From contig NC_087251.1 in assembly GCF_037042905.1 (NCBI RefSeq), forward strand, positions 31,374,001 through 31,438,000: a stretch of DNA of 64,000 bases, written 5' to 3'. Below the pieces are notes generated by a model that searched no databases, was not told the DNA's origin, and saw nothing but the letters and a program-made list of their open reading frames with translations. Of this stretch, positions 53,042 through 63,736 are shown in pieces. This DNA comes from Lytechinus pictus. Its lineage: Eukaryota. Position 1 is the stretch's first letter. The number at the start of each line of letters is the position of its first letter. The position numbers were made by a program, and so were the translations under genes.

Positions 53042-54667
53042 ATGGCGAAAACAACATTATTGAGATCGAGTCTACATGCCTTTTTAGGACTGTTTCTACT
53101 TGCTACACGTATATCTAGTGGAGATTTGAGAGTGAATGAGTCAGCCAGCTTTCACGGTAGGAACTTTCCATTTTATACTGATTATCGTGATTTTAACTTT
53201 GGACTGTTTGGTGAGTTTGATCCCGTATCAAATTACATTACCCGAATTGACATGCCCATTACACGATTATATATCCAATATTACATATCGTATAACTGTG
53301 TAACCCATAATGAATTTGGGAAAGGACTGCAAACCACAGTGGTCAGCTCAAAACTACCAAAAGGCTTATATGCCATTATCCAGATTGTTAACTTACTCGC
53401 AGGTGACATTGAACCAAACCCTGGCCCCACCCTAAACTTTAAGCCTGGAGCCGGACTGAAGCTCAAGAGAAAGAGAGGGAGGAAGCCCAAATATCCATGT
53501 ACTCTTTGTAACTATGCTGTGAAGATTGACGACAAAGGCATGCTTTGTTCAAACTGTAATAAATGGTCACACAATAGTTGTACAGGTGTAACCGATGAAT
53601 TGTATGAATACCATAAGAAAAACTCCAATGCCATTTGGTATTGCCCGGAATGTGATCATGTAAACATTGTCACATCAAATGCTGGTGGCGATGAATCATA
53701 TTGTAGCACACTTCAATTTGATGTTCTTGACCCAGACCTGAATGATGATCTAAATACTTCAGAATTTATCCAAGTAACTACATCAAGTCCTAAACGAACT
53801 ATTAAACAAAGAAAAGCTGAGAAGAAACAAGAGAGTAGATCTATTAGATCTAAAGTTAGACAAACCTTGAACGATACAAGTTCATGTAAACTTAAGAAAA
53901 ACAACATCAAAATAGCCATAGCTAACTTCCAGAGTATTAGAAATAAAGTAACTGAATTTCAGGCCTTCCACACAGTAACCAAACCAGACATCATATTGGG
54001 ATCAGAATCCTGGCTCGATGAAAATACAACATCAGCTGAAATTTTTCCAACCAACTTGCAAGTCATCCGGAAAGACCGTAAGAACATAAAGGGAGGAGGA
54101 GTCTTCATTGCCCTCGACCAAACAATCCCTATAATAGAGAGACCTGATCTCGCTGAAGAAGACAGTGAGTCAGCATGGTGCCAACTTCTTGTAAATGATG
54201 GGAGCAGTATCTATATCGGCTCCTACTATAGGCCCCCAACGAATAGTAATGACTTAGAAAATCTTAGCAAAAGCCTTGAAAAAATCCAACAGGAAACTAA
54301 CACACCCTACATCATACTTGGAGGGGATTTTAATATACCGAATATGTCATGGACTCCAACCGAGGCCACAACCCCACTTCAACGAGACATACTAGGAATT
54401 ATTGACGAACACAGCTTAGAACAACTCGTCAATTTCACAACACGTCGAGATGCTAGTGGAACCGAAAATATCCTAGACTTGTTTTTCACTACGCACCCAT
54501 CTCTTGTGAAGAACATCCACCCATACCCAGGATTTTCTGACCACAGCGTAGTAATGGTGGAAATTAACATTAAAGCACCCTGCCTACTAGGCCGCCAAGA
54601 GAGATCCACCAATGGAAAAAGATGGATGAAAACAAAATCAAAACAGACGCAGATAATTTTTGCGTGA
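53042..54667 (+). CDS. LINE polyprotein N-terminal part: signal-peptide-like leader, 2A-like motif, basic stretch, PHD finger, APE endonuclease (true frame probably shifts near 54575-54600)
   Basis: LHAFLGLFLLA hydrophobic core; LLAGDIEPNPGP; KLKRKRGRKPK; CTLC..CSNCNKWSHNSC..WYCPEC (C4HC3); NFQSIRNK, SESWL, GGGVFI, YYRPP, GGDFN, LDLFF, SDH. Confidence 0.92.
   Translation: MAKTTLLRSSLHAFLGLFLLATRISSGDLRVNESASFHGRNFPFYTDYRDFNFGLFGEFDPVSNYITRIDMPITRLYIQYYISYNCVTHNEFGKGLQTTVVSSKLPKGLYAIIQIVNLLAGDIEPNPGPTLNFKPGAGLKLKRKRGRKPKYPCTLCNYAVKIDDKGMLCSNCNKWSHNSCTGVTDELYEYHKKNSNAIWYCPECDHVNIVTSNAGGDESYCSTLQFDVLDPDLNDDLNTSEFIQVTTSSPKRTIKQRKAEKKQESRSIRSKVRQTLNDTSSCKLKKNNIKIAIANFQSIRNKVTEFQAFHTVTKPDIILGSESWLDENTTSAEIFPTNLQVIRKDRKNIKGGGVFIALDQTIPIIERPDLAEEDSESAWCQLLVNDGSSIYIGSYYRPPTNSNDLENLSKSLEKIQQETNTPYIILGGDFNIPNMSWTPTEATTPLQRDILGIIDEHSLEQLVNFTTRRDASGTENILDLFFTTHPSLVKNIHPYPGFSDHSVVMVEINIKAPCLLGRQERSTNGKRWMKTKSKQTQIIFA
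53372..53428 (+). other. 2A-like (StopGo) ribosome-skipping sequence
   Basis: ...AIIQIVNLLAG-DIEPNPG/P matches the D(V/I)ExNPG/P consensus; the skip would fall between G128 (53423-53425) and P129 (53426-53428). Confidence 0.8.
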
Positions 54668-56703
54668 ACTTTTTGGACTCAAATCCTGGTAGTAAATCAG
54701 TCGAAGAGAATTGGTGCAACTTTAGAGACAAAATGCACGACCTTGTCAACCAACACGTACCGTCAAAAACAGTGTCAGGAAAACCAAGAGTACCCTGGTT
54801 AACCCCCAAACTCCAGAAACTTTGCCGCAAGAAGGAGAGGTACTATTCAAAGGCAAAGCAACTCGGAGGACAAGATAGATGGGACAAATACAAACAAATA
54901 AAAAGAGTAGTCAATAAAGAACTTAGAAAAGCCCAACGGACATTCATAGCAACTCTTTCAGAAGCCGGTAATAAACAGTTCTGGAAATATATCAAAACCA
55001 GGCGAAAGGACAACGTAGGGATCCAGAGCCTTAAGAAGGGAAACGACATCATTACTGATGACAAAGGGAAAGCAGACGCACTGGCCGAACAGTTCCAGAG
55101 CGTCTTCTCCAGGGACGAAACCCAAATCCCCAACCTTCCAACAAGAAACATCCCTGATATGCCAGATATCAACATCACAGTTAGTGGCATCCTCAAGCTA
55201 TTGAACAAGTTAGATGTCTCAAAGGCCGCAGGACCAGATAGCATACCAAACCGTATTCTTAAACTTACAGCTGAAGAAATAGCCCCCGTCCTTCAATTCA
55301 TATTTAAACAGTCATACGACCAAGGGATCCTTCCCGAGGATTGGCGTAAAGCGAACATCGCTGCTATCTACAAGAAGGGTCCTAAAAATGATCCAGCTAA
55401 TTATCGCCCTATATCCTTGACCAGTGTATGCTGCAAACTTATGGAACATATAGTAGACAGCCATCTAATGACACACCTTACTTCAAACTCAATCCTTTCT
55501 GACTACCAGCATGCCTTCAGACGGGGTAGATCATGTGACACACAATTAGTTGCCACAATCCATGATCTTGCTACTCATCACAACAACAAGGAGACATGTG
55601 ACATCGCAATACTCGACTTTAGTAAAGCATTCGATGTCGTCCCCCACAAGAAATTGTTGCAGAAACTTCAATTGTATGGCATCCGTAGCAAGACCCTTGA
55701 GTGGATAAGATCATTCCTGACCCAGAGATATCAAAGAACAGTAGTGAATGGTAAAACATCAAAGTGGTTACCAGTCCTAAGCGGTATTCCGCAGGGAACA
55801 GTCCTCGGGCCCCATCTCTTCATCTCATATATAAACGACCTCTCAGAAGCAGTTCACAGCACGGCAAGACTGTTCGCAGATGACTGCATACTCTACCGAG
55901 CAATATCCAACCCCTCTGATGAAGAATCACTACAAAAAGACTTGGATAATTTGGTCACATGGGGAAACACATGGGGGATGAAATTCAACGCTTCCAAATG
56001 CACTGTCATGAGGATCTCCAGAAAGCGAGTACCAGGACATAGCAATTACTTACTCCTTGGTCAACAACTTCAGGAAGTAAATAGCCATCAATACCTAGGA
56101 ATACATATAGAAAACAGCCTAAAATGGGATAAGCAGTCACAACAGGCAACCGCCAAAGGTACGAGGGCGTTAAACTTCATCAGAAGGAACTTCTATCACT
56201 GCTCTAAAACAGTGAAGGAACGTTTATACCATTCACTTATTAGACCCCACCTAGAATACGCTTCGATAGCATGGCACCCAGGCACAGTCAAGAACACCAA
56301 ATTGCTGGAAATGGTTCAGAGACGAGCCGCCCGGTTCGTCACAGGAAACTACACACGGGGATCCAGTGTTACTAACATAATGACAACACTTGGCTGGATG
56401 TCTCTCGAAGAAAGGAGGCGAAATCACCGAATCATCAACTTATATAAGATCATCCATGGAGAAACTCAACTTGACTTAAATAAATATGCCACAAGAAAAA
56501 TAACAAGACTAAGAAGATCCCATGATGAACTGTATGACGTCACTTCAAAGTTCATCACAACTACTCAACTGGCTAATTCCTTCTTCCCTGAAGCAATCTC
56601 CCACTGGAATAACCTCACAGCTGATATGGTATCCTCCAAAAGCACTGACATACTTAAAGCAAAACTAAACATGCAAAACCTGCAACAAAACAAAACAGAG
56701 TAA
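54622..56703 (+). CDS. LINE polyprotein C-terminal part: reverse transcriptase
   Basis: KAAGPDSI, NYRPISLTS, QHAFRRGRSC, LDFSKAFD, GIPQGTVLGP, LFADD, YLGI, VQRRAARF, SFFP..I..WNNL; the frame is open upstream to 54573. Confidence 0.96.
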   Translation: MDENKIKTDADNFCVNFLDSNPGSKSVEENWCNFRDKMHDLVNQHVPSKTVSGKPRVPWLTPKLQKLCRKKERYYSKAKQLGGQDRWDKYKQIKRVVNKELRKAQRTFIATLSEAGNKQFWKYIKTRRKDNVGIQSLKKGNDIITDDKGKADALAEQFQSVFSRDETQIPNLPTRNIPDMPDINITVSGILKLLNKLDVSKAAGPDSIPNRILKLTAEEIAPVLQFIFKQSYDQGILPEDWRKANIAAIYKKGPKNDPANYRPISLTSVCCKLMEHIVDSHLMTHLTSNSILSDYQHAFRRGRSCDTQLVATIHDLATHHNNKETCDIAILDFSKAFDVVPHKKLLQKLQLYGIRSKTLEWIRSFLTQRYQRTVVNGKTSKWLPVLSGIPQGTVLGPHLFISYINDLSEAVHSTARLFADDCILYRAISNPSDEESLQKDLDNLVTWGNTWGMKFNASKCTVMRISRKRVPGHSNYLLLGQQLQEVNSHQYLGIHIENSLKWDKQSQQATAKGTRALNFIRRNFYHCSKTVKERLYHSLIRPHLEYASIAWHPGTVKNTKLLEMVQRRAARFVTGNYTRGSSVTNIMTTLGWMSLEERRRNHRIINLYKIIHGETQLDLNKYATRKITRLRRSHDELYDVTSKFITTTQLANSFFPEAISHWNNLTADMVSSKSTDILKAKLNMQNLQQNKTE

Positions 56704-56994
56704 TAATACTCCCACTCTCGTCAGCCCTGAGTTACCCTTCCTGGTGGAGGACTTCAGGGATTGAAACTACAAGGTACAAGGTACAAGGTATCTGATAGAT
56801 ATTTTCGCAGATACGATGCTTAGAAAATTAGGTGGTCGATAAGGGGTAGTTCCAACCATACACTACGCAAAACCCCGTGCATGGGACTTGGCAGTATTAC
56901 TTTTACATGGTGTACGGGATATTGTTGGTCGAATATCTATTTTGGGTGGTGTCAATAGACCAATATGATTAAATTTTGATTAAATGATACATAC

Positions 56995-57054
56995 ATTCTT
57001 TACTCTGTATTCGTTCAGTGACATCCCCCCTTCAGATGCTGATGAAATATCCAT
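56995..57054 (-). CDS. ALKBH6: ALKBH6 exon 1 (MDISSASEGGMSLNEYRVKN)
   Basis: Good start context aaaATGG; donor AAT/GTATGT in phase 0; the spliced LNEYRVKN-APNMVYY resembles the ALKBH6 N-terminus; total 245 aa. Confidence 0.82.
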
Positions 57055-57219
57055 TTTGAAGATAGAATATTTCGTCTGCTCCCCGTCGGCTCCCACTTCT
57101 TTTTGTGTGTGTCTTGTCTACTCACGTTGCGTTGTATTTATTATCTGCCGATCCTGCACTCAGATCACGTCAATTTCAAGAACTATTTTGCAATCATTAT
57201 TTTGAGGGTGTCGTTTGGA

Positions 57220-57460
57220 CCGGGCGTCGGGATCCTTCTTATGGCGGAAGAATCTTTAATTCTAATAATTCAATGATTTAAATCTTTATTTGATACTTGA
57301 ATAAATTACTATTCTTTTCCACATTTTCTCGACCCTTTTATTGAACGTGATTGGATGAAACACGAGCGCGAGCTGAGCCACTTACGCTAACGGGAGTAAT
57401 CATTGGTCAAAAGTTTATTAGCTCCCCCTCGATACCGCACTCGAAGCGGACCAATGTAGG
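57220..57460 (-). promoter_or_regulatory. ALKBH6: Probable ALKBH6 promoter
   Basis: CpG-richer patch upstream of exon 1 with three CCAAT boxes (~57349, ~57402, 57451) and an ATGGCGGAAG YY1/ETS-like motif at 57241. Confidence 0.5.
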
Positions 57461-57624
57461 AAGAAAAACAATGTCCTAAATCTTAGATAAACTCAGAAAC
57501 AAGACGGGTAACTTAGAAACCTACCCTTCCCTGTTTGGTTTTGTTGTTGTGTTTTTTTTAATGTTTTCTTTGTATTTTATGTATTCTTTTTTTAATGTTT
57601 GTTTTGCCTTTTTATTTCAATTAC

Positions 57625-57940
57625 CATTTATTTATCTTTATTGTTCATTCGATCATTCATTCATTCATCCATTCACTCACTCACTCACTCATTCACTCAT
57701 TCATTCATTCATTCATTCATAATTTATCCATCTATCCATTTTATTTTTTTATATATTTATTTATTTTATTTATTTATTTTATTTATTCATTTATTTATTC
57801 ATTCATTCATTTATTCATTCATTTATTTATTATTTTTATTTATTTATTAATTCATTCATTTACTTATTCATTCATTTATTTATTCATTTATTTATTTATT
57901 CATTTCTTTCTTTATTTATCATTTATTTATTATCTTTTTA
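57625..57940. repeat. (ATTC)n/(ATTT)n microsatellite
   Basis: Directly visible; explains the spurious ORFs 57595-57993 and 57599-57850. Confidence 0.92.
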
Positions 57941-60900
57941 GGGGGAATTTTTTATTAGACTACTCTTCTTTACTTGTACATGCAGCAATATAAGCACTGG
58001 TCCCCCCCCCATTGTCATAGTCTTCGTAGAGAGGAGAAGAATGAAGAAAAGAAAATGGGGGAGGGGAGGAGAGAATGACAGAGAGCAGGAGAAGAGAAAG
58101 GGGTTGGGCAAGGATTTAATTACTAGTAATAGCAATTAAATCATTAATATATCATAAAACACATCAAAATGGTCATCCTCAAGATCACATATCTTCCTCA
58201 GAATAAACAACACACAACCAAATATATTAACAATATGGTCATCAGCATGGTTACATAATATGTATACATACAAAATCATAACCTTATCACCTACAATATT
58301 ACTAATATCATTGCTTTTCCTTATGGAATTCATTTGTAGTGTCAAACTACAAATTGGCGAAGGCTGGATCCGCCCCTGTTATAGGTAGTTTAAGTATTGT
58401 ATAAACGTCGAAAGCAAGTGATTTTTCAAATGACTTGCTTACTACGGAGGGATTTAATGTAGTGTCAAACTACCATTTTTGAGGATACTCTAGACCCGGG
58501 CTCTAAATGCGGATTAATTAAATTGAATAAATTAAATAAAAATTGTCATTGGAATCCAACCGTAATGAGTTATAATTTCTGCTTAAATATAATAATGGAA
58601 ATTATTGCATTAGGACCAGTATTAATGAAATTGTAGAGTCCTTCATTCGCAACTGTTATATCTGATCAATTCCACAGAATTGTTAATTATTATGTTTTTT
58701 ATTTGAAAGTGGAACTATATTGTTAGAGGAATGCACGAATACCAGTGTTAGTTATTTTTAGTGATACGTCGGGCAACACCCACTTTATATGTCCATTGAC
58801 ACACTTGTAATAGCAGCCGACAAGGCCGTTTGCCAGTGGGCGCTATACGTGTTGGCGTTGGCATAGCCACGTTTAAGACGGCTTAGATATGGTACGTAGC
58901 AATTAATTATAACTCGCATTATAGCACTATTGTATCGAAAATTAGGTAATCAATTAAAATATACAGTAAATCAAATTTTGTGCAATTTTCCTCCTGATTA
59001 TGTACAATGTTGGAACAGATTAGATTTTGGGCGTGGCGTTAAATTTTGCCGCGGTATTGATCATGTGACTTTAATTCTTGATGAAAAGTTAATCATAGAT
59101 GAATGTTTACCTTGTGCGAGAAAAGCATGATTTATACTTATCAAGTTGAGGTTTTCAGGAATTTAATCTGATCAACTGATATTTTGATGCTTCTAGACAT
59201 TTGAAGGGGTTACTATTGTTTCGATATCCAACCGAACACATTTGAAGGTTGATAATCTTTAATCGTAGCTTAAATAATTTTGGGGCTATGTTTATCGAGT
59301 TTGTTCTTTTTAAAATCGTATATTAGAGGATTTATGTATTCATGTATTTTTGTCCAAATAAGGCATGCTGACGTGGCTTTGTAAACGACGCCATGTTTAG
59401 GGCGTGGCTTATATAATGGAGATGTCTAAGCTTATATACACCACCAAGGGTGAGTTAATATTAATATAGCTACATGTTAGTTAATTATATCACATATATA
59501 CCTTTGTTCCCTTTTTGATGTGAATTTATATATTGGTGTTGTCTATCTACAGGATTTACTTTAACAGTTTTACGTGCCGTGTAGGTGTTATTCCAGACGG
59601 TTATGGATTTATTATATACAGTTTCTATTCTTTGATTCTGCAATATATACGATATATTGATGTTATTATTAAAACATTATCCCTGAATATATACGACAAT
59701 ATGAAACACATTTATATATCATCTTTTTACTACTATGTGTATTCTAAATTTGATGCTTTAGTAGTTATTAGTAGTTATTTACAATTCAATCAAGTGCATA
59801 GAAAATTAACCTAACTTCACAATTATAATCAACAAAATATCAGGCGATAAATAATGTGACTATTGCATTGTATCATTTATATTTGTGCTCTGTAATACTG
59901 ATTTTTACTTATGATACTACTGTATGTTTATTCAATGCAGGGATCTGTTGTATACGAATAAAGAAATACATTCAACGCTAGTCACCGTCTCCCGACTAAG
60001 ATTTATTGGCTCAAAAGGGGTGTCGGATCCCGACATCCAAACATTTTAATCACAAACACTATGTTTGCATAAAGTCAGAAGCATCTGCATCAACATCATT
60101 TTCTTATACAACAAAGCAAAACAATCTCCAACCATCCATTCAAATTTTTTTTCATGAATGCTCACAATAGAAATAGAAAGAAAATGAAGTCAAACACTAA
60201 ACTGGATGAGCGACACATTCTACTTTTAATAGCAAGATATCATTCACCAAAGCATGCTAGCAAACTACATTCGCATTTTAGAATAATTCCAGTATCCATG
60301 ATAATATTCAATTTTCAACAAGATTTTTCTTATAGAGAAATGTAATGAATCATACATTCAGGTAACATGGTAAAGTAGATTGTTGAATTGTTTCAAGTTA
60401 AAGTGGTACCTGACAGTATTTGTCTTGTGAGCATAGGTCTATTTGATTCTGAACTTGACATAAAATTCATATCAATGATAATAAATCATTAAAAGTTTGA
60501 TATCAAATTTGGGACATCAAAATTAAAGCAAGCAGCCCTTTCAGAACTTGCTATTAAATTTCAATTCATTATTGATTTGTTGCTATAAAAGATACACATT
60601 CATATGTCTACATAAATATCACCAAACACAATGCTCAAACTGATGCTTTGATTAAATGATTGAATTACAAGTAGGTACCTTGCTTCATTCATAATCAGAA
60701 GCAATGTAGTATCATCTTAAAGTATAGATATCATGTTTTAAACTTCCCATTTTACTTGAAGCGAACAATAGAACAACACGCTTCTACACACTACAAACAA
60801 AAATGTGTAAGATTACAACTACAATACACAGTCCTGTTCGACACAGATAAGACCAAAATCACATGCACAATCTCAATATATCCATTGAAATCATAAATCT

Positions 60901-61974
60901 TCTGCAATTTACAGAATTACAACAGTCTGTAACAGCAACACTCTTCTCTTCAAATATCTTACATTTTGCTCATATAATGAATGGAAATCACATCACTAAT
61001 GCATCTTCAAGATAAATTTGAACAACACCTATGTGCAACCCACAACATACGGTACACAAACCTCAGAATTTCAAGCTGCATTATGCTCTTATAACTCTAA
61101 ACAAAATCTACAATTACTACCTTGTATTCTTTATACTGAAATACAATTTTTACCTATGTATCTTTCGCATAAGTTTTCAACAATATTTATTCGTAATGGT
61201 GTACCGGTATGATAAACAGACAGATGATTTAATAGACTTATCAAATACGTTAATAAGACTGATTCTAGATCACCAACTGAAGAGTGTTAACTACAAAGTC
61301 ACAATGGAAATCAGACAGTGAATACCAATGTGTCTTGATATATGTTATTAGCACTTCAGATAAAATGACATATCAGAGTTGGATTCCAAACTGTACTATC
61401 TGTTGAATGCAAACCTTTACCAATTTAACTCTGATTCAAGTTTTTCTAAACCCAGATGATGAAAATAACATATTGTATGAAATTTAGATTTCAAATTGTG
61501 CATTCTGATAAATGCAAATCTTTAAACAAGGGGAATATCACCAATGAGACTCTAACATACGTTTTCCAAATTTATTTTGTATTTGATATACATACATGTA
61601 AATGAAAAGAAATACAACATATATGTACTTGTATGTGATTCTGATTGTTAGCTACAACATTTAATCTAATAAGTGTATCACTTTCCTAATCTATAGGCCG
61701 AGAAAACAAGGATTAATATATATTCATTGTCATTAGGAATCTGAGATTCTTGAATTGTCTTCATCATCAGCAAGTCAATGATTAAAATCATAAATGCCAC
61801 TTACACAGCAATCAAATTTGTCATATTGTGACAATCATGTTACTCAGAAATCTTTTCTTCTTTCAAATAAATTTTTTTCAATTGGTGCAGTACAGAGTCA
61901 AAGAAAGTGATAAAATAAATGCACATAGACACACACAAAAAAAGAGGAAATGTTCGCTGGATATTTAAGTTTCT

Positions 61975-62067
61975 ATAAGCAGAGAGGCCAGAGTAGACAA
62001 GGGCCACGCCCCTCTCATAAAAAGTGAGATTACTGGTAGAATCTCCGCCTATGGTCATATCAAAGGT
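61975..62067 (-). repeat. Diverged tandem copy of the last 31 codons of dynein heavy chain
   Basis: TFDMTIGGDSTSNLTFYERGVALVYSGLSAY versus coding TLDMTMGGDSKNELTFYERGVALLCSGLSA*; period 98 bp. Confidence 0.92.
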
Positions 62068-62072
62068 CTCTT

Positions 62073-62213
62073 CTAAGCAGAGAGACCAGAGCAGAGAAGG
62101 GCCACGCCCCTCTCGTAGAAGGTGAGTTCATTCTTAGAATCTCCACCCATGGTCATATCAAGGGTGAACAGGAGATCAGCTCGAGTCTGGTTCAAGTAGA
62201 CTGGCAGCCTCAC
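62073..62213 (-). CDS. DYNC1H1: Cytoplasmic dynein 1 heavy chain, terminal coding exon
   Basis: VRLPVYLNQTRADLLFTLD...FYERGVALLC matches the dynein-1 HC C-terminus (LPVYLN.TRADL.FT.D...FYERGVA); acceptor ttttcag. Confidence 0.95.
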   Translation of the reverse strand: MRLPVYLNQTRADLLFTLDMTMGGDSKNELTFYERGVALLCSGLSA

Positions 62214-62625
62214 CTGAAAATTACAAAACAAAGAAAGACAATGTACATTATTGCCCAGATCATAAGTATTTTCTCGACATTATTACAAAGTAAGCAATAT
62301 ATTAGGGGCATGCGTAGGCTTGTGGTTTGAGCATTGGTCTCACGATTGTGTGATTGAGAGTTCAAATCCCTGCTCGCTCATTATCTACACCTTAACCCAA
62401 AAGGTCACAGAGTCATTTCTGTTATCTACAAGGTCAGCCACTATGACTGATTAGCTTGGATGTAAATTGTTACCTATGTAATTGGTCATACCACCTTGAA
62501 GCTAATGTGGCGGAAATGTGCTGCAGAGTTCCTCTACGAGTCATTTCAACAGAAACAGAAATAATATGTTGTGTTTTTCGATTTTTTATTGTGATAGCTT
62601 TTAAGAAAGGAAAATGTAAGCTTAC

Positions 62626-62759
62626 CATCCCTGATAGGTTGGGGGTACTACCACTCTCGACATGTATCCATCTCAGACTGGTCTGGGGTAGATCCGAGGA
62701 AATGGTGGTGGTCAGATGGATCTTGTTCTCCTTGCATATTGCTCCTTGCAGTTTCAAAC
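62626..62759 (-). CDS. DYNC1H1: Cytoplasmic dynein 1 heavy chain, penultimate exon
   Basis: GLKLQGAICKENKIHLTTTISSDLPQTSLRW; AG/GT junctions, phase 1 to phase 0. Confidence 0.93.
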
Positions 62760-63352
62760 CTAAAATAAAAACAATGATTGTTTTGTAAGATATTAAAGAC
62801 TAACTATTTTGGGACAAAGAATGATTTCATGAAAAGTCTTTTATATCAAGGTTACATTTCATCACCAGATCATTGTAAAACTGGTACATTTACACAAAAA
62901 CTTTGTAAAATCATGAAATCTAAGCTGAATTATTATCAAGTGCTACATCAATATTGCATACTTACTTCTATTGTCAAACACAGGTAAGCACATGTGGGAC
63001 TATGTACTATTATTGCTTGGAAAAAGACACATCAGTTGCCAGGATGGCACTCGGGGTCTGCCTCGTCAAGACCTTTTGGTCTTTTGCAGTCTCCAAAATT
63101 TCATTTTGTATTTATGTATGTTTAATTGCTTTGTTACCAATTATGTATTTCTCTGATATTGTAACTTGTGGTTTTATTGAATGGAATTTGAATAAATTGA
63201 ATTGACTTCCATCCTGCATAAATCATTTGGCAAATAACTTTTTTAATCTATACATACAAACAATTGTGTTAATTTTATTATCATTATTCTATTCAAACTA
63301 ATTTTGAGGTCATTATCACGACTTACATTGACATTAAAAAACAATGACTTAC

Positions 63353-63413
63353 CTGAAACAGCAAAGCTGCAGTCATCAAGTTTCAACTGAGATCCTGGAT
63401 CTGATACAGTCAC
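63353..63413 (-). CDS. DYNC1H1: Cytoplasmic dynein 1 heavy chain, third-last exon (gene continues beyond the window)
   Basis: VTVSDPGSQLKLDDCSFAVS(G), resembling LDACSFGVTG; acceptor acag, donor G/GTAAGT. Confidence 0.88.
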
Positions 63414-63736
63414 CTGTGTAATAAGAGATGAAACCATTTCAAATTATAAGAAAAACAAATGATAATAATGTATTCTTCTTTTTGAAGATTTACTATGGAG
63501 TCATTACATTATATCTTTCAAACATACATTTGTAAATTGGAATCTGATGTAATTCATTTATTCATCACTACCCAATGCCAACCTTGCCTTGCTAATTAAT
63601 TACATCACTCATTACAGGTATGTCTATACTACGTCACTTAAACTGACCAGTATCAAATAATTCATTTTATAATGGATGGATAATGGATGATCATAATCAT
63701 ACTTGAGAAATATATTGTTTAAATATTGTTTAACGT

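Larger units (their letters stand above)
52722..56788 (+). mobile_element. Apparently full-length CR1-group (APE-type) non-LTR retrotransposon, antisense in ALKBH6 intron 1
   Basis: PHD+APE+RT coding region, short 3' UTR with stem-loop (CCCTGAG...TTCAGGG), (TACAAGG)3 tail at 56768-56788, AGGT at both junctions; boundaries defined against the uninterrupted paralogous host repeat. Confidence 0.92.
52175..56850 (-). mobile_element. MITE-like repeat (copy 2; own sequence 52175-52721 and 56790-56850) hosting the LINE
   Basis: Imperfect TIRs ACTAC..TATCGACCACCT / AGGTGGTCGATA..GTAGT; homologous to 7209-7526 and 9720-9746. Confidence 0.75.

Noticed and set aside
57595..57993. Hydrophobic ORFs of 132 aa and 83 aa
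   Set aside because: Translations of an (ATTC)/(ATTT) microsatellite
62055..62075. Stop-codon readthrough from dynein into its duplicated tail
   Set aside because: Readthrough gives KRPLI* and is out of frame with the duplicate
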